From Mobula hypostoma (taxonomy: Eukaryota): DNA of 64,000 nucleotides. Location of the stretch: contig NC_086097.1 of the NCBI RefSeq assembly GCF_963921235.1, positions 96,660,001-96,724,000 of the forward strand. The letters run 5' to 3'. The position numbers and the translations under genes are program-made. Of this stretch, positions 1 to 13,944 are shown piece by piece; within the stretch, counting starts at the first letter, position 1; every line of letters starts with the position of its first letter. The notes under the pieces were generated by a model. That model saw only the letters and a program-made list of their open reading frames with translations. It was not told where the DNA came from and did no database searches.

Positions 1-1745
1 CCCTTTACAGAAACCATGCTGACTTTGACTTATTTTAGCACTAGTCTCCAAGTACCCTGAAATCTTGTCCTTAATAATGGACTCCAACACTTTCCCAACC
101 ACTGAGGTTAGCTTAACTGGCCTATAATTTCCTCTCTTTTGTCTTCCTCCCTTGTTAAAGAGTGGAGTGGCATTTGCAATCTTCCAGTCCTCCAGGACCA
201 TGCCAGAATGAAGTGATCCTTAAAAGATCATGACCAGTGCATCTGTTATCTCTTCAGCACCCTCTCTCAGGACTCTGGGAGCTAGTCCATCTGGTCCAGG
301 TAACTTATCCACCTTAAGACCTTTGAGTTTGCTTAACACTTTTTCATTTATAATAGCAATGGCACTTACTCCTGCTCCCTGACACTCACAGACCTCTGGC
401 ATATATCTCGTGTCTTCCACAGTAAAGACTGAATCAAAGTACTTATTAAGTTCATCTGCCATTTCTTTGTCCCCCATTACTATCTCACCAGCATCATTTT
501 CCAGTGGTCTCATCAACTCTCACCTCCCTTTTATTCTTTATATAACTGAAAAAAAATTAGTATCCTGCTTTATATTATCAGCTGGCTTTTCTCTTTTCTC
601 TTCTTATACCTTTTTTAGTTGTCTTTTGTTGGATTTTAAAAGCTTTCTAATCATCCAACTACCCACCCACTTTTGTTACCTTATATGCCCTTTCCTTGGC
701 TTTTATGCAGTTCTTAACTTCCCTCGTCAAACACAGTTGCCTAGCCCTGCCATTTGAGAACTTATGTGGGGCATAAGTATCCTGCGCCATGTGAACTAAT
801 CCCAGAAACTTCAGCCATCTCTGCTCTCCCATCATCCCCATCAGTATCCTCCAATCCACATGGGAAGCTCCTCTCTCATGCCTCTGTAATTCCCTTTATT
901 TCATTGTGATACTGGTACACGTAACTTATGCTACTCCCTCTCAAACTGCAGTATGAATTCAATCATATTATGATCACTATCCCCTAAGGGTTCCTTTACA
1001 TTAAGCTGACTAATAAGATCTGGATTATTACAGAAAATCTAAGATGGCCTTTCCCTGAGTAGGCTCAAGCACAAGCTGCTCTAAAAAGTCATCTTATAGG
1101 CATTCAACAAATACCCTCTCTTGCAATCTGACACCACTCTAATATGCCCAATCTCCTTGCATATTGAAGTCCCCCATTACAATTGTGACATTACCCTATT
1201 ACATGCTCTTTGCAGCTCTCTTTGCAATCCCAAACCCACATTTTGGCTACTATTTGGAGGCCTATATATGATTCTCATAACGTTTTTTAAAAAAATCCTT
1301 GCAGTCTCTTAACTCCACCTGCAAAGATTTGACATTCTCTGACCCTATGTCACCTCTTACTAAAGATGTAATTCCATCTCCTACTAATAGAGCACATCAC
1401 TGCCTTTAATGTTAAACTCCCAACTATGGCCTTCTTTCAGCCACAGTTCAGTGACACCCACAAAGTCATACCAAACAATCTATAATTATGCCATGAATTC
1501 GTCCACCTTATTCTAAATGCTACGCACATTTAAATACAGCACCTTCAGTCCTGCATTGTTTGCCCATATGAATTTTGCCTCTGTGGTACATCTTAACTCT
1601 TTGCTCTGTCTGTAGTTGTACCCAATCACTGGCTTGTCCTTCCGTACATTCATATTACATATGACATAATCTACCTGTAAACCTGCTGGCTCATCCTCAG
1701 CTCTACAATACTGGTCCCAATCCCCCTTCCATATCAGTTTCAACC
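1..1745 (-). mobile_element. CR1-clade LINE ORF2 fragment (APE endonuclease to start of RT), decayed
   Basis: Peptides LKVLYLNVRSI, EMADELNKYFDSVFTVED, LKVDKLPGPDGLAPRVLRE; frameshifts and stops. Confidence 0.9.
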
Positions 1746-3565
1746 ACTCCTAACCTCATCAGTCATTGCTTCTGTTGCTTTCTCTCACATACTCAATAGG
1801 ATTCCTTTCAAATACTTGTCTGAGTTCAAGTGATTGCCTTTGTTTGTATTTGTGCCACTGCGAGTGGTTCCCAACATCTGAACATATAGCAAGACCTATA
1901 CTGGGATTTCAATATAACTGACTTTAAAGTAGTAAATTAAACATACATAATGCATATATTCTTAATGATTATTGGGAAGGGACCCAGACATCATACTCCT
2001 GCTGGTGCCATCTCATTCTCGCAGCCCCTTGAATACGCCCTGATTATCTAGGGTTTGTATCTAAACCTCTCTGAAGACTGTCTGTGTTTGTACCTATACT
2101 GCTGCAGACAATGTTGTAGAAAGGCATCCCCAAATTGCATTGCCTTACTACAAAAATGCAAAGGTCTATTGGTGCTGGAGATATTTTATAAAAGCAGAAA
2201 GCTTAATTTTACAGAGAACTATTTTTAGTAATTAGCAGGCCACGTTTTAGTGATTTATCTCACATCTTCTTTACAGAGTTGCATGCAGGCCAATCCAACA
2301 TGAGTGGTGCGACACTGTTTTATTCAACTCTGGAGCCAAACATGCAGTCACCAAAATAAAAGAATTGATAAAATTTGCCACTTGCTAATGCAAAACCATT
2401 AAAAATAAACACTATTTCTTGCATTGACACTATTCTGCACAATTGTAGAAGTATGGGCCTCTTACCGTACCATAGTTTCTTGATGATGTGCTCTCAGAGG
2501 ATGTGCCTGGACTTCTGACGACATTATTGTCTGCAGAATTCCAGTCAATTCTGGGTGGGTCACATATGATATTCACATGTCTGGGAAACTTCCTAATTTA
2601 GACACGGATTGGAGTACAAAACCTGTTCTCATCATGCTGGTTTGCCTGCTTTGTGTTGCTCCAGACACGAAACAGCGACTGCCACAGATTTTGCGCAAGA
2701 GTGACACCTCCTTCAAAGCAAAACAACGCCTCGGAGAGTTGGAGCTGAATCTTTAGTCAGAGTGAAGCATAGGCAAGAAATGACAGAGGAACAGTGAGCA
2801 ATTCACTTAAGCAGAGCGACGTGGAAACTCTGAAACACGAGTTTATTAAAGGCAAGATACCGAACACTGTAACAACGCCAAAAACAGGTTTGTGATTTTG
2901 GTGCGTTCAATACTTTTATACTAGTTTGGTAGTGTTTTGCCATATTACTCAGTGAATACGTATTAACTTGAAGCAAAATGCTGCCAAGATGACAGACTTG
3001 CTCAGCAACTTTCAGACCAATTCAGGACTTTGTTTGTACTGAATAGAACCGATCAGTTGCTCTTAAACTTGTAGCCCCAAATACCAGTTAGGTGGAGAAG
3101 GACCAAAAAAGTCAAAAGCTCAATAATGAAATGATGATTTCCGTAAACACCAGATGAGTGAATTACTTACAAAATAAAAGCTATGAAAGCAGCAAGCAGT
3201 ACAAATTTGTTCTTCGAAACTTGTGCCTGCATAAAATGAAGACACAGTTGTAGTGGAGGTGCAAGTAGTTATAGTTTTAAGTGAATCTGAAGCAGCACAC
3301 ATTATTGTTTTCTCTTCATTATGCTGGAATAACATCAACACTCTAGGTCAGATCTTCCTCACAAATGCACTATTTAGTGATCCAAGAGAAACACAGGAAG
3401 AATGATCTGTAAGGCAAGTAACTGCTTGTACAGAACGTAAATACAGCAGATGTTAGGTGATGTCAATACAGCAAAAAAAAAATCATTTTTGGTAGTAGAA
3501 TATATTTAATTTATGAAAACAACCCAAGGCATTTCTTTGGGGTGGAAATGGATAGTTTCTGACAT

Positions 3566-5367
3566 CACAAGAGATTCTGCAACACTCTAAAATTCTGATA
3601 TCTTGAGCAACACTCACAAACTGCTGGAGAAACTCAGCAAGTACAGGCGGCATCTATGGATGAGAGTAAATGACCGACAGTTCAGGGCGAGATCCATCCT
3701 CAGGACTGGAAAGGAAGGAGTCAGAAGTCAGAATAAGGTGGGGGAGGGGAAGGAGTACAGCCTGACAGGTAATAGGTGAAACAGGTGAGGGGGGAGGTGG
3801 GGGACTGGGGAGGAGATTGAAGTAAGTAATATGGGGAAGAGGTAAAAGGCTGAAGAGAAAAGGAATTTGCTAGGAGAAGACAGTAGACCATGGAAGAAAG
3901 GGAAGGAGGAGGGGCAACCAGAGAGAGCAGATGGGCAGGTTATGAGAAAAGAAGGGAACCAGAATGGGGAATGGAAAATGACAGAAGGGGGAGGGGGGTT
4001 GAAATTATTATAAGTTAGAAGAAATTGATTCATGCTATCAGATGGAATATGAGGTGATGCTCCTCCAACCTGAATATGTCCTTATTGTGGCAGTAGAAGA
4101 GGCCATGGACAGACTTGTCGGAATAATATAAAGTGAAATTGAAATGGGTGGCTACTGGGACATCCTGCCTTTTGTAGCAGACAGAGCAAAGGTGCTTGAA
4201 GAATCTATCCCCTAATCTACGTTGGGTCTCTGATGTGAAGGCCACACCAGCAGCACCGGATACGGTCGATGATCCTGACAGACATGCAGGTGAAGTGTTA
4301 CCTCACCTGGCAGGACTGTTTGGGGCCCTGAATGATGGCAGGAGGTGTCGGGCCAGGTATAACACCTGTCCCGTTTGCAGGGATAGGTGCTAGGAGGGGG
4401 ATCAGTGGAGGGAGGGAGGGGAAGAACAAGTAGACATGGGAGTTATATAGACAGCAATACCAATGGAAAGCGGAGAGTTAGAGGAAGGAAAGGTGTGTTT
4501 AGTATAGGATCCCATTGTAGATGGCGGAAGTTATGGAGAATGATATGTTAGATATGGAAGCTTGTGGGTAGTAGGTATGGAAGAGGGGAACCCTACCTCT
4601 GTTATGGTGATGGAGGATGGGTGGGGACAGATGTGCGGAAATGGAGATGTAGGTGAGGGCAGCATCAATGGTGTTGGAAGGGAAACTCCGGTCTTTGAAG
4701 AAGGAGGTCTCTGAATATTCTAGATTGGAAACCCTCATCCTGGGAACAGATGCAGTAGAGATAGAGGAACTGAAAAATGAGAATAGCATTTTTACGAGTG
4801 ACAGAGTGCGAGGAGGCATAGTCAAGATAGCTGTGTGTGTCAGTGGTTTATAAAGTAACTTTGAGGGCAGGGTGGACGTTGGAGGCAAAGCTGTTGATTC
4901 GATGAGATCAGCACGTATGCAGAGAAGCTGGGGAGTGTTACCAGTGTAGGCTTAGAATGTAGTCGGCTACGTGGAACAGACAAAAAGGCAGGTATAGCTT
5001 GTGCCCACGCTCAAGACTACAGCTTGGGTTCAGAGAAAGTGGGAGGAGCCGAAAGAAGAATTGTTTTGAGTGAGAACCAGTTCTACCATAAGGAGGGTGG
5101 TGGTGATTAGGAACTGGTTACGTCTCTTGTCCAGAAAGAAACAGACAGCTTTAAGGCCTTCCTGATAGGGGGATAGATGTGTATAGGGACTGTACGTCCA
5201 TAGTGAAAATGAGGTGATCAGAGCCAGGCAACTTAAAGTGATGAAGAGCATGTGAAGTGTCATGGAAGTAGGTGGATAAGGACAGAATTAAGGGGAACAA
5301 AATGGAGTTGAGTATGCTGACACAAGTTTAGTGGGGCAGGAGCAGGCAGAAACAATGGGTCTACTGG
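3566..5367 (-). mobile_element. Penelope-like element, 3' part (RT, GIY-YIG endonuclease, terminal repeat), decayed
   Basis: Peptides QEGLKAVCFFL...VELVLTQNNSSFGSSHFL (RT) and ETQRRLGDRF..HLCSV..PVATHFN..RLEEHHLIF (GIY-YIG C-terminus); terminal repeat at ~3566-3710. Confidence 0.85.
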
Positions 5368-6533
5368 AACAACACATACAAAATGCTGAAGGAAATCAGC
5401 GGGCCAGGCAATATCTATGGAAAAAAGTAGTCAATCGCTGCGGAAAGCAGAAAGTGGGGGGAGGGAAAGATGTGCTTGGTGGTGGGTTCCCGTTGGAGGT
5501 GGTGGAAGTTTTGGAGAATTACATGCTGGACGCGGAGACTGGAGAGGTGGTAGGTGAGGACAAAAGGAACCCTATCCCTGGTAGGGTGGCGGGAGGATGG
5601 GGTAAGAGTAGACGTGTGTGAAATGGAAGAGAATCAGTGGGAGGGACAAATGGACAAGGGAGTCGAGTAGGGAGCGATCTCTGTGGAAAGCAGAAAGTGG
5701 GGGGGGGAGATGATCAGTGGGGATGGACGACTGGACAAGGGATCGCTCCCTATGCGGCTCCTTTGTCCATTCGTCCCTCCCCACTGATCTCCCTCCAGGC
5801 ACTTATCCATTCTTGCAAGCAGAACAAGTGCTACACCTACCCCAACACCACCTCCCCCACTACCATCCAGGGCCCTAAACAATCCTTCCAAGTGGGGCGA
5901 CACTTCACCTGTAAGTCTGTTGGGGTCATTTACTGTGTTTGCTGCTCCTGGTTTGTCCTTCTGTACATTGGTGAGACCCAACGTAGACTGGGAAACTTCT
6001 TTACTGAGCATCTATAGTCTGTCCACCAGAACAAGCAGGATCTCTCAGTAGCCACCCATTTTAATTCCACTTCCCATTTCCATTCCAATATGTCCATCCA
6101 TGGCCTCCTCTACTTCGTGATGAGGCCACACTTAGGTTGGAGGAACAATACCTTGTATTCTATTTGGGTAGCCTCCAACCTGATGGCATGAACACCAATT
6201 TCTCAAACTTCCGGTAATGCCCTCCAACCTGCACCCCCCTACCCACTTCTCCATTTCTCATCCCCTTTCATCCCTCTCATCAATCAACTTCCCAGCTCTT
6301 TATTTCAGCCCTCCTCCTCCAGGTTTCACATATATCCTGGTAGTTCCCTCTCCCCTCCCCCCACCTTTTAAATCTATTCCTCAGCTTCTTTTCTCCAGTC
6401 CTGCTGAAGGGTTGCAGCCCAAAATGTTGACTGTACTTTTTTTTCCATAGATGCTGCCTGGCCTGCTGAGTTCCTCCAGCATTTTGTGTGTGTTGCTTGG
6501 GTTTCCAGGATCTGTAGATTTTCTCTCGTTTGT
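5368..6533 (+). mobile_element. Second Penelope-like insertion with inverted 5' part, nested in the older element
   Basis: + strand GIY-YIG (GVIYCVCCSWFVLLYIGETQRRLG) and terminal repeat at ~6390-6533; inverted segments at ~5368-5735. Confidence 0.8.
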
Positions 6534-7400
6534 GGCTTACCGGGTCAGATTTGTAAACCTTGGGAAGGAGGTAGAAATCAGCCGTCAGGTCCAGGATCTA
6601 TGAGGTTAGTGGCAATGAATGGGAGATCTTCAGTCGATGAGGTTGGAGATGGTGCAGGAAACAATGGTTTGATGCTGCTTAGTGTGCACCTTTACAAGGG
6701 GAAAGTAAAAAGAGGTTGTCCTGCCTCAGCAAGGTAAAGGTCAGTCCACCAGATTATAACAATACCATTCTTGTCTGCAGGTTTGATGGTGAAGTTGGGA
6801 TTGATGCAGACAGTGTGGAAGGCAATGTATTCTAACAGGGTGTTCAAATTGGAGAGAGGACTGCTGAACTGAGACAACAGATGTCTCGTCGGTAGTTAGA
6901 GATAAAAAGATCCAGGGCGGGCAGGAGACCAAAGTGGGATGTCCAGGGGGAGGGTTGAAGCTGCGAGAAGAGATTATTGGTGGTGGGTGGGGAATCCTTG
7001 TCTAAAAATAGGTGCAGAGATGGAGGCATCAGAAGAGTTCAGTGTCATGATGGTCGTCGAATTCACTGAGTGGGGGTGCAGGGGGCAAAAGTGAGGCCCT
7101 TACTGAGGACAGAACATATTGCCTTGGAGAGGGGTAGGTCAGAGGGGATGGGAGGATTGAGCTATTCAGGTAAAGTGGGGGAGATGGGGGCTCAGAGGAA
7201 GGGTGGATGAGGAGTAGATGGGAGCCTGAGAGACCTGGGGCTGGTGGGGAATAGTGGTGGAAGAAGGGGAGCCGTAGGACCCAGCAATAGTGAGAAAGGT
7301 CTTAGCCTGGAGGTGGCTGGGGCTGAAGTTGGAGCCAGAGCTGAAGGTGGCAGGCTTCACAGCCGACTGGAAGCTAGAGCTGAAATGGTGAGGCAAATCT
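6534..7400 (-). mobile_element. Penelope-like element, 5' continuation of the 3566-5367 copy
   Basis: Peptide NPNFTIKPADKNGIVIIWWTDLYLAEA, the IKPADKG motif typical of Penelope RT N-terminal regions. Confidence 0.8.
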
Positions 7401-7639
7401 ACCAGTTATCAACATGAACACGGGATACGCCATCAAGCCTCTGAATAAAGCTGTAGAGGAATGCAAGGAAAAAAAGTGAGATCCTCATGTCTTCAGGAAA
7501 GACATTCCGTGTCTTAAGAGAACTTTAGCAGAAATAGAAGTTGTCGAGAGCTGTTCAAGATTCTTAGAGGGTGGGCGGTAAGTAGCACCCTAATTTGAGG
7601 CACGAGACCTGACAGACGTGTCAACTCACTGCCATCATC

Positions 7640-9280
7640 AACAGGCATTCCCGGTTTGTGTTTTTTTAAATTTTAATTTAGCCCCATTAATGATGGATAA
7701 ATATGTATGATGCAATCTTCATGAAGCTGAAGGTGGTGAAGCCTTGAATTCTAATCCTGCCAAGAAACAGAAACTATAGAAAGTGCATTAATACAATGCT
7801 ACATACTTTGAGTATAGTTTTATTCCGTTCCCCGTCAGATCAGCAATGCCCCATGTGTGTTATTTGTAATACCGTACTGTAATACCTGAAAAGGCTACTT
7901 AAGGTATTACTCAGTTCCAGAAGATGAAAGAAGCATTTGAAAAGTGTTGCACACTCGAGTCATTTGCCAAGAAAGCTGAAAATAACCTTGATAGTGGTCT
8001 CATTGCTTCTGATAACATTCCTAAAATGATAGCAAAGTGTGGAAAATCTCATACAATTGGTGAAATATTAATAATGCCTGCTGTATCAGAAGTGCTCACC
8101 ATTGTTCTCGAATTGGATACCAGTACCTTATAATCAATTCCTCCAAGTAATAACTCTTCAGCTCATTGTATTGACGAAATGAGTGAAGACACCGAGTATC
8201 ATCTATGCAAAGCTACAAAAAATAGATCTTGGGATACAATTTGGGAATCAACCGTGTGAGACAATGGGGCATTGCTAATGTAAGGTTTATCAAAAATGGA
8301 AAAGTTCATGAAGAGATTCTCTTTGTAAAAAGTTGAAAACAAACATCAACGAAGAATCAATCTACAAACTCAAAATGAATATTAAGGATTGGAGCACCGT
8401 TTCCGACTGGTGCCATGCTGCTTTAGTGGCATTTATGAAAAAAGAAATTCCAAATCTGTTTGCAATCCATTGTGTAGTGTAATTCACCATCAACATATCA
8501 CAGCCAAAAACCTCAGGCAGTGAATTTTTTCAAGCATGACTTGTAAAATCTGCTATTAACAAAATTAAAGCTCATCCATTAAAAAGCGGAATATTTCGCC
8601 AGTTATGCTAAGATAATGATGGAGAGGCTGGCTGTCAAAAGGCTGCTGCTTAAAATGTTTCTTTGATCTTTTTGACATTGCGGTTGAACTTTTGCTCAAA
8701 GTCGACAAGAGCTTGGGAAACAAGATTGAACTTCTATGTGGAGATGTGGCATACCTAGAAGATCTGTATGACAAAAAAAAATGAACATACTAAATATGAA
8801 ACTGGAGGGTGAAAATTGCAATTTACTCCAGGCAAAAAGTACAGTGTCCACTTTAATAGAAAACTGGAAATATATAAGCAAAACATCGGGAGAAGAATGT
8901 TCTGTTTCCCTGCATGGTAAGTATGGCACTCTCTTTCACAGATGGTGATTTCCAAGAGTACTACTTACACCTGCAGTCACTGAAGAAGGATTTTCAAATA
9001 GATTCAAGGATTTGAACAACCTGGAAATTCTGGACTGGGTATTTAACCTACTTCTCTGTAAGGTGAAAGAACAGGAAGAGGGCTTGCAAGAAGAAATTAT
9101 GAAATTCAGAATGATGAAGATGCAAAACTGCTTTTCAAAAATGTTGGCTCCTGTGGTATGTGGCTACACTGTTATACAAAGTTTGCTAGACTTGGGAGAA
9201 GAGCCAGACTGCTCCTCATTGCTCCTACCTTGTTGAAAGAGGCTTCAGTGCAGTGAACCACATACTCAAAAAACTAAAAA
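7640..9280 (+). mobile_element. hAT (Buster/Charlie; SCAND3/ZBED8-like) transposase relic
   Basis: Peptide IAKCGKSHTIGEILIMPAV; fragments resembling AIHCV..H, WLSKG and a C-terminal ERGFS motif; multiple stops and frameshifts. Confidence 0.75.
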
Positions 9281-9289
9281 TGCTTGGAC

Positions 9290-10745
9290 ATTGTTATGTC
9301 TTGAAATTCAGCTACAAATTGGCAAATAAGAAGTTGTGGCCATCTCTGAAACTTGGCTAAAGGATGGCTGCCATTGGGAGCTGAATGTGCAATGATTTAC
9401 GGTATATCGGAAAGATAGGTTAGTAGGCAGAGGACGTGGTGTGGCTCTGTGTATAAAAAATAATATTAAATCATTGGAAAGAGATGACATAGGATTGGAA
9501 GGTGTAGAGTCTCTATGGGTTGAGTTAAGAAATGGCAAGGGTAAAAGGACCCTAGTGACAGTTGTATACTGGCCTCCAAACAGCAGGCGGGACGTGGATT
9601 ACAAATTACAGCAGCAGATAGAAAAAGCATGGCAGAAAGGCAATGTCATGATAATCGTTGGGAACTTTAACATGATTGGGAAAACCAGGTCAGTACTGGA
9701 CCTCAAGAGAGAGAATATGTAGAATGTCTAAGGGATGGCTTTTTAGAACAGCTTGTTGTTGAGCCCACAAAGGGATCGGCTGTGCTGGATTGGGTGTTGT
9801 GCAATGATCTGGAGGTGATACAAGAGCTTAATGTTAAAGAACCCTTAGGGAACAGTGTTATGATTGAGTTCACATTGATATTTGAGAGGGAAAAAGTAAA
9901 ATCCAATGTGTTGGTATTTCGGTAGGATAAAGGAAATTACAATGGCATGAGAGGGAAACGGGCCGAAGTTGACTGGAAAGGGACATTTGCAGGAAAGACG
10001 GCAGAGCAGCAATGGATGTGAGAAATGAGGGAAGTGCAAGACAAATATATTCCAAATAAGAAGAATTTTCAAAGGGAAGAAGGACACCACCATGGCTGAC
10101 AAGTGAAGTCAGAGCCAAAGTAAAAGCAAAAGAGAGGGCATACAAGGGAACCCAGAGCTAGTGGCAAGATAGAGGATTGGAGAGCTTTTAAAAACTTACA
10201 GAAGGAAACTAAGAGAGTCATTCAGAAAGAAAAAATGAACTATGAGAGGCAGCTGGCAGCTAATATCAAAGAAGATACTAAAAGCTTTTTTAAGTATATT
10301 AAGGGTAAAAGAGAGTTGAGGGTAGATATAGGACCAATACAAAATGACGCTGGCGATACTGTAATGAGAGATGCAGAGACGGCAGATGAACTGAATGCGT
10401 ATTTTGCATCAGTCTTCACAATAGAAGACATCTGCAGTATACCGGACATTCAAGAGTGTCAGGGAAGTGAAGTTTGTGCAGTGAAAATTACGACTGAGAA
10501 GGTGCTCAGACAAATCTCCTGGACCTGACGGAATGCACCCTTGGGTCCTGAAGGAAGTAGCTGAAGAGACTGCAGACGCATTAATGATGATCTTCCAAGA
10601 ATCAATAAGATTCTGGCATTGTACCAGATGACTGGAAAATTCCAAATGTTACTCCACTATTTAAGAAGGGTGGGAGGCAGCAGAAAGGAAACTATAGACC
10701 TGTTAGCCTGATCTACATCAGCTCCTATATCTTATGGTCTTATGT
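9290..10745 (+). mobile_element. CR1-clade LINE ORF2 fragment joined to a CR1 tail
   Basis: Peptides VAISETWL, VESLWVELRNGKG..YWPPNS, TKSFFKYIKGKR, ELNAYFASVFTIED; tail ctcctatatcttatggtcttatg. Confidence 0.9.
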
Positions 10746-12959
10746 ATGTGGATTCAAGACCACAAGATTTAGTAGCAGGATTAGGCCATTTGGCCCATCG
10801 CATCTGCTCCACTATTTCATCATAGCTGATCCAATCTTCCTCCCTGCCCCAATCTCCTGTGTAGAGTTTGCATGTTCCCACTGAAGGAATGTGAGTTTCC
10901 TCCCATGTCCCAAATATATGTGGGTCAATAGTAGATTAGTTGTCCAGTGCAAATGTTCTTAGTGTGTGGATGAGTGGAAGAAATTGTGGGGTGGAGATAA
11001 GAGGTTGACTATGGGTAAAATCAATGGGGAGTGGAATTGCCCTGTGATCTGGCATTGACTCCTTCTGCGTCTAAGCATACATGGAAAACTAGAAAGACAA
11101 CTTTGATTTCTGCTGCATTTGAAAATCTGGTCTAAGTGTCAAGACCACAAACAAGTGCAATTGGAGAATATTCACATTTGCAAGCTGGGATATGACCAAC
11201 TCTCCAGAAGGAGCGATTTTTGGTTAGCTGGAAAATATAGGTTTGAAATGTTATAATTCGCCATGAAACCATTCCCAAAATTCATAATTCTTTTGAGCTA
11301 TGGGATTGTTCGGTGTCATTTTATGGACATTTCTAACTAGAAATGTGGAGCAAACATAGGCTTCCACCTAACCTGTAATATACCTGCTATGGTAGTGTTT
11401 TTAGATTAGCTCCATCATTCCACTATTGTAGAGCAAGTCCTGCATTGGAGAATGATAAGACAGGGTCTGGTATTTCATTCCTAGAGCAGTAATTACCTGC
11501 TCTTCCATGCTAAATGGGAACAGCTAAAGCACATTTTGCCCTCATCACAATAGATACCTTCCATATTAACAAGAGCAGCCAACTTACGCTGTTTAAAAGC
11601 AGATAATCTCAAATTGGTTAATGCAGGAAGGGAGGGAATGAGAAACAAAGCGAACCGAAGAATGAAAAACATAGCTCCTTCGCTCATATACTGGGCTCCG
11701 AGTGATGGGGACAGAAGCCCAGCACTGAGTTTCTGTAGAGAGTGAAGGGACAACCTGCAGGGCAATGGTGAAAAGACAGGGGAAAATATCCCATTAAATA
11801 CTCAGCTATTGGAATATTCACCAACTTGCGGCTCTCCTCCGACATCACATTCTAGAAAGGGACGCTGAGAGAGTCTGGATTTTGTGTGGCAGCATGCCTC
11901 TGACCTCATGACTGTTCTGATGACAATGCTCATTAAATTCGAGTAGCAATAACGTGCAATCTACATCACCAGCGCTGCAGAGCTTTAGTTTGAGGAGTCA
12001 GCACCAGTTCCAGGGTACACACTGCATCTGCTCCTTTGCAAGTCGGCTGCGTTTCTGTGGTGTGCGGCTCTGGATTTTCTGAGTTTTGTGCGGTGGTTAG
12101 TATGGCTATTTTCTTTCTAGAATTGTTAGAACATTCTGCACTACCTAGGAAAATGCTGGCGCAGCTTGCTCTGTGGGATCTGGATGTTTGTACTTTTTAA
12201 ATCACATTTGATTTGTGTGAGTTGACATATTGTAGTGCTTATGATTGCAATGGGGGAGGGAGGTAGCACTTTGTTCTTTATGCGAACCACAGCACTTTAG
12301 TTTTGATGTATTGGGTATTGTAAGGAAAGAGGCTAATTAAAGAAGGCTCATGTTGTTCAATCCATTTTTATCATTCTTATGGGAAAGTCAAAGAAATGTT
12401 TAATGACATAGTAATGAGATACCTGAGTATAAGACCGAACAATAATCAACAGGATAAATATTAATATTTAAAATACACAGCCTGTCCCTAAGTGATTTTC
12501 ACAGAGTAACAGCTATGGATGGAAATTCTGAGAGACACCTGTAAATACAGACAAATGACAGAACCTGAATATCCTGTCAGTGCACCATTTCCCCCTGGGT
12601 CAATGCACATTACACTACTCTGGAATGTTTGCCCAGTAAATGTATTTTAAGAAAAACAAGAAAAACATGCAATTGCAGTGTGTGTTCTACTCAGAGTATC
12701 TGTTATAAAATATAGGAGCTCAGACAAGAGTGTTTATTTAATTCCACATTGACAGCCAAGAACTTGTGCCAAATGGTGTCTATAAAATATATGTACACAC
12801 CTGATGATGTCCTATGACAACACAAAATTTGTTTGAGAAACATAGAAAAACTACAATACAGGCCCTTCAGCCCACAATGCTGTGTTGAACATGTGCTTAC
12901 TTTAGAAATTACCTAGGGTTACCCATAGCCCTCTATTTTTCTAAGCATAAGTTTTGTAG

Positions 12960-13940
12960 CATAAGTACATAATATTACTATAAATTACAGAATAAATAGT
13001 GCAAAAGAAAAGGGTTCATGAGATGGATGGGAAGAAGCAGTTTTTGAATCATTGATTGCTGGTCTTGAGGCTCCTGTACCTCCTCCCTGATGGTAGTAAT
13101 GAGAAGAGGGGCATGTCTCAATGGTGAGGGTCACTAATGATGGATGCCATCTTCTCCAGGAACCATCTCTGGAAGATGTCCTTGGTGGTGGGGAAGTTTG
13201 TGTCTGTGACGTAGCAGGCCAAATCTACAACCCTCTGCAGCCAGTCAATGCAATCCTGTACACTGGAGCCTCTGCAATGCAAACAATCAGAATGCTCGCC
13301 ACTTTATATCTATAGTAATTTGCAAGAGTCTTTGGTGACACAGCAAATCTCTTCAACTCTTAATGAAGTTAAACTGCTGGTGTGCCTTCTTCATGATTGC
13401 ATCAATGTGTTGGGCTCAAGATAGATCCTCTGAGATATTGACAGCTAGGAATTTGAAGACACTCACCATTTCCATCACTGACCCTTAATGAGGACCAGTG
13501 CATATTCCCCTGAGTTCCCCTTTCTCGAGCCCACAATTAATTCCTTGGGCTTGCTGATGTTGAGTGTGAGGTTGTTGATGTGACCCTACTCAACCAACCA
13601 CTTTATCTCATTGCTGTACGCCTCCTCATTACTATCTGAAATTTTACAGATAGCAGTAGTATCATCTGCAAATTTATAGATGGTGCTTGAGGTGTGCTTA
13701 ACCATAAAGTCATGAGTGTAGAGAGAGTAGAGCTGTGGCTTAAGCACACATCCTTGAGTTGCATCTTGTCGATATCAGTGAGGAGGAAATATTATCATTG
13801 ATTCCTACTAACTCTGGTCTCCTGATGAGGAAGCTGAGGACCTGGTTTCAGGAGGTAGTACAGTTGCCCAGGTTTAGAAGCTTAGTGATGATGGGACTGA
13901 AGACCAAGCTATAAGCAATAAACAGTATCCTTACATACTT
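12960..13940 (-). mobile_element. Rex1/Babar-type LINE 3' fragment
   Basis: Similar to the other Rex1 copies in the window; YKFADDT-like segment near 13655-13680. Confidence 0.75.
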
Positions 13941-13944
13941 ACAG

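Noticed and set aside
2600..2700. Possible DNAJC17 terminal exon (ATG ATG AGA on the minus strand)
   Set aside because: Flanking translation (SMMRTG) does not match DYESLVMMRMRQAAERQ.
6396..6433. Further hammerhead copies (also ~3675, 20440, 25050, 49465, 50722, 53607, 61570)
   Set aside because: Core or cleavage-site mutations (e.g. CUGCUGA, AAAAU); counted as decayed rather than functional.
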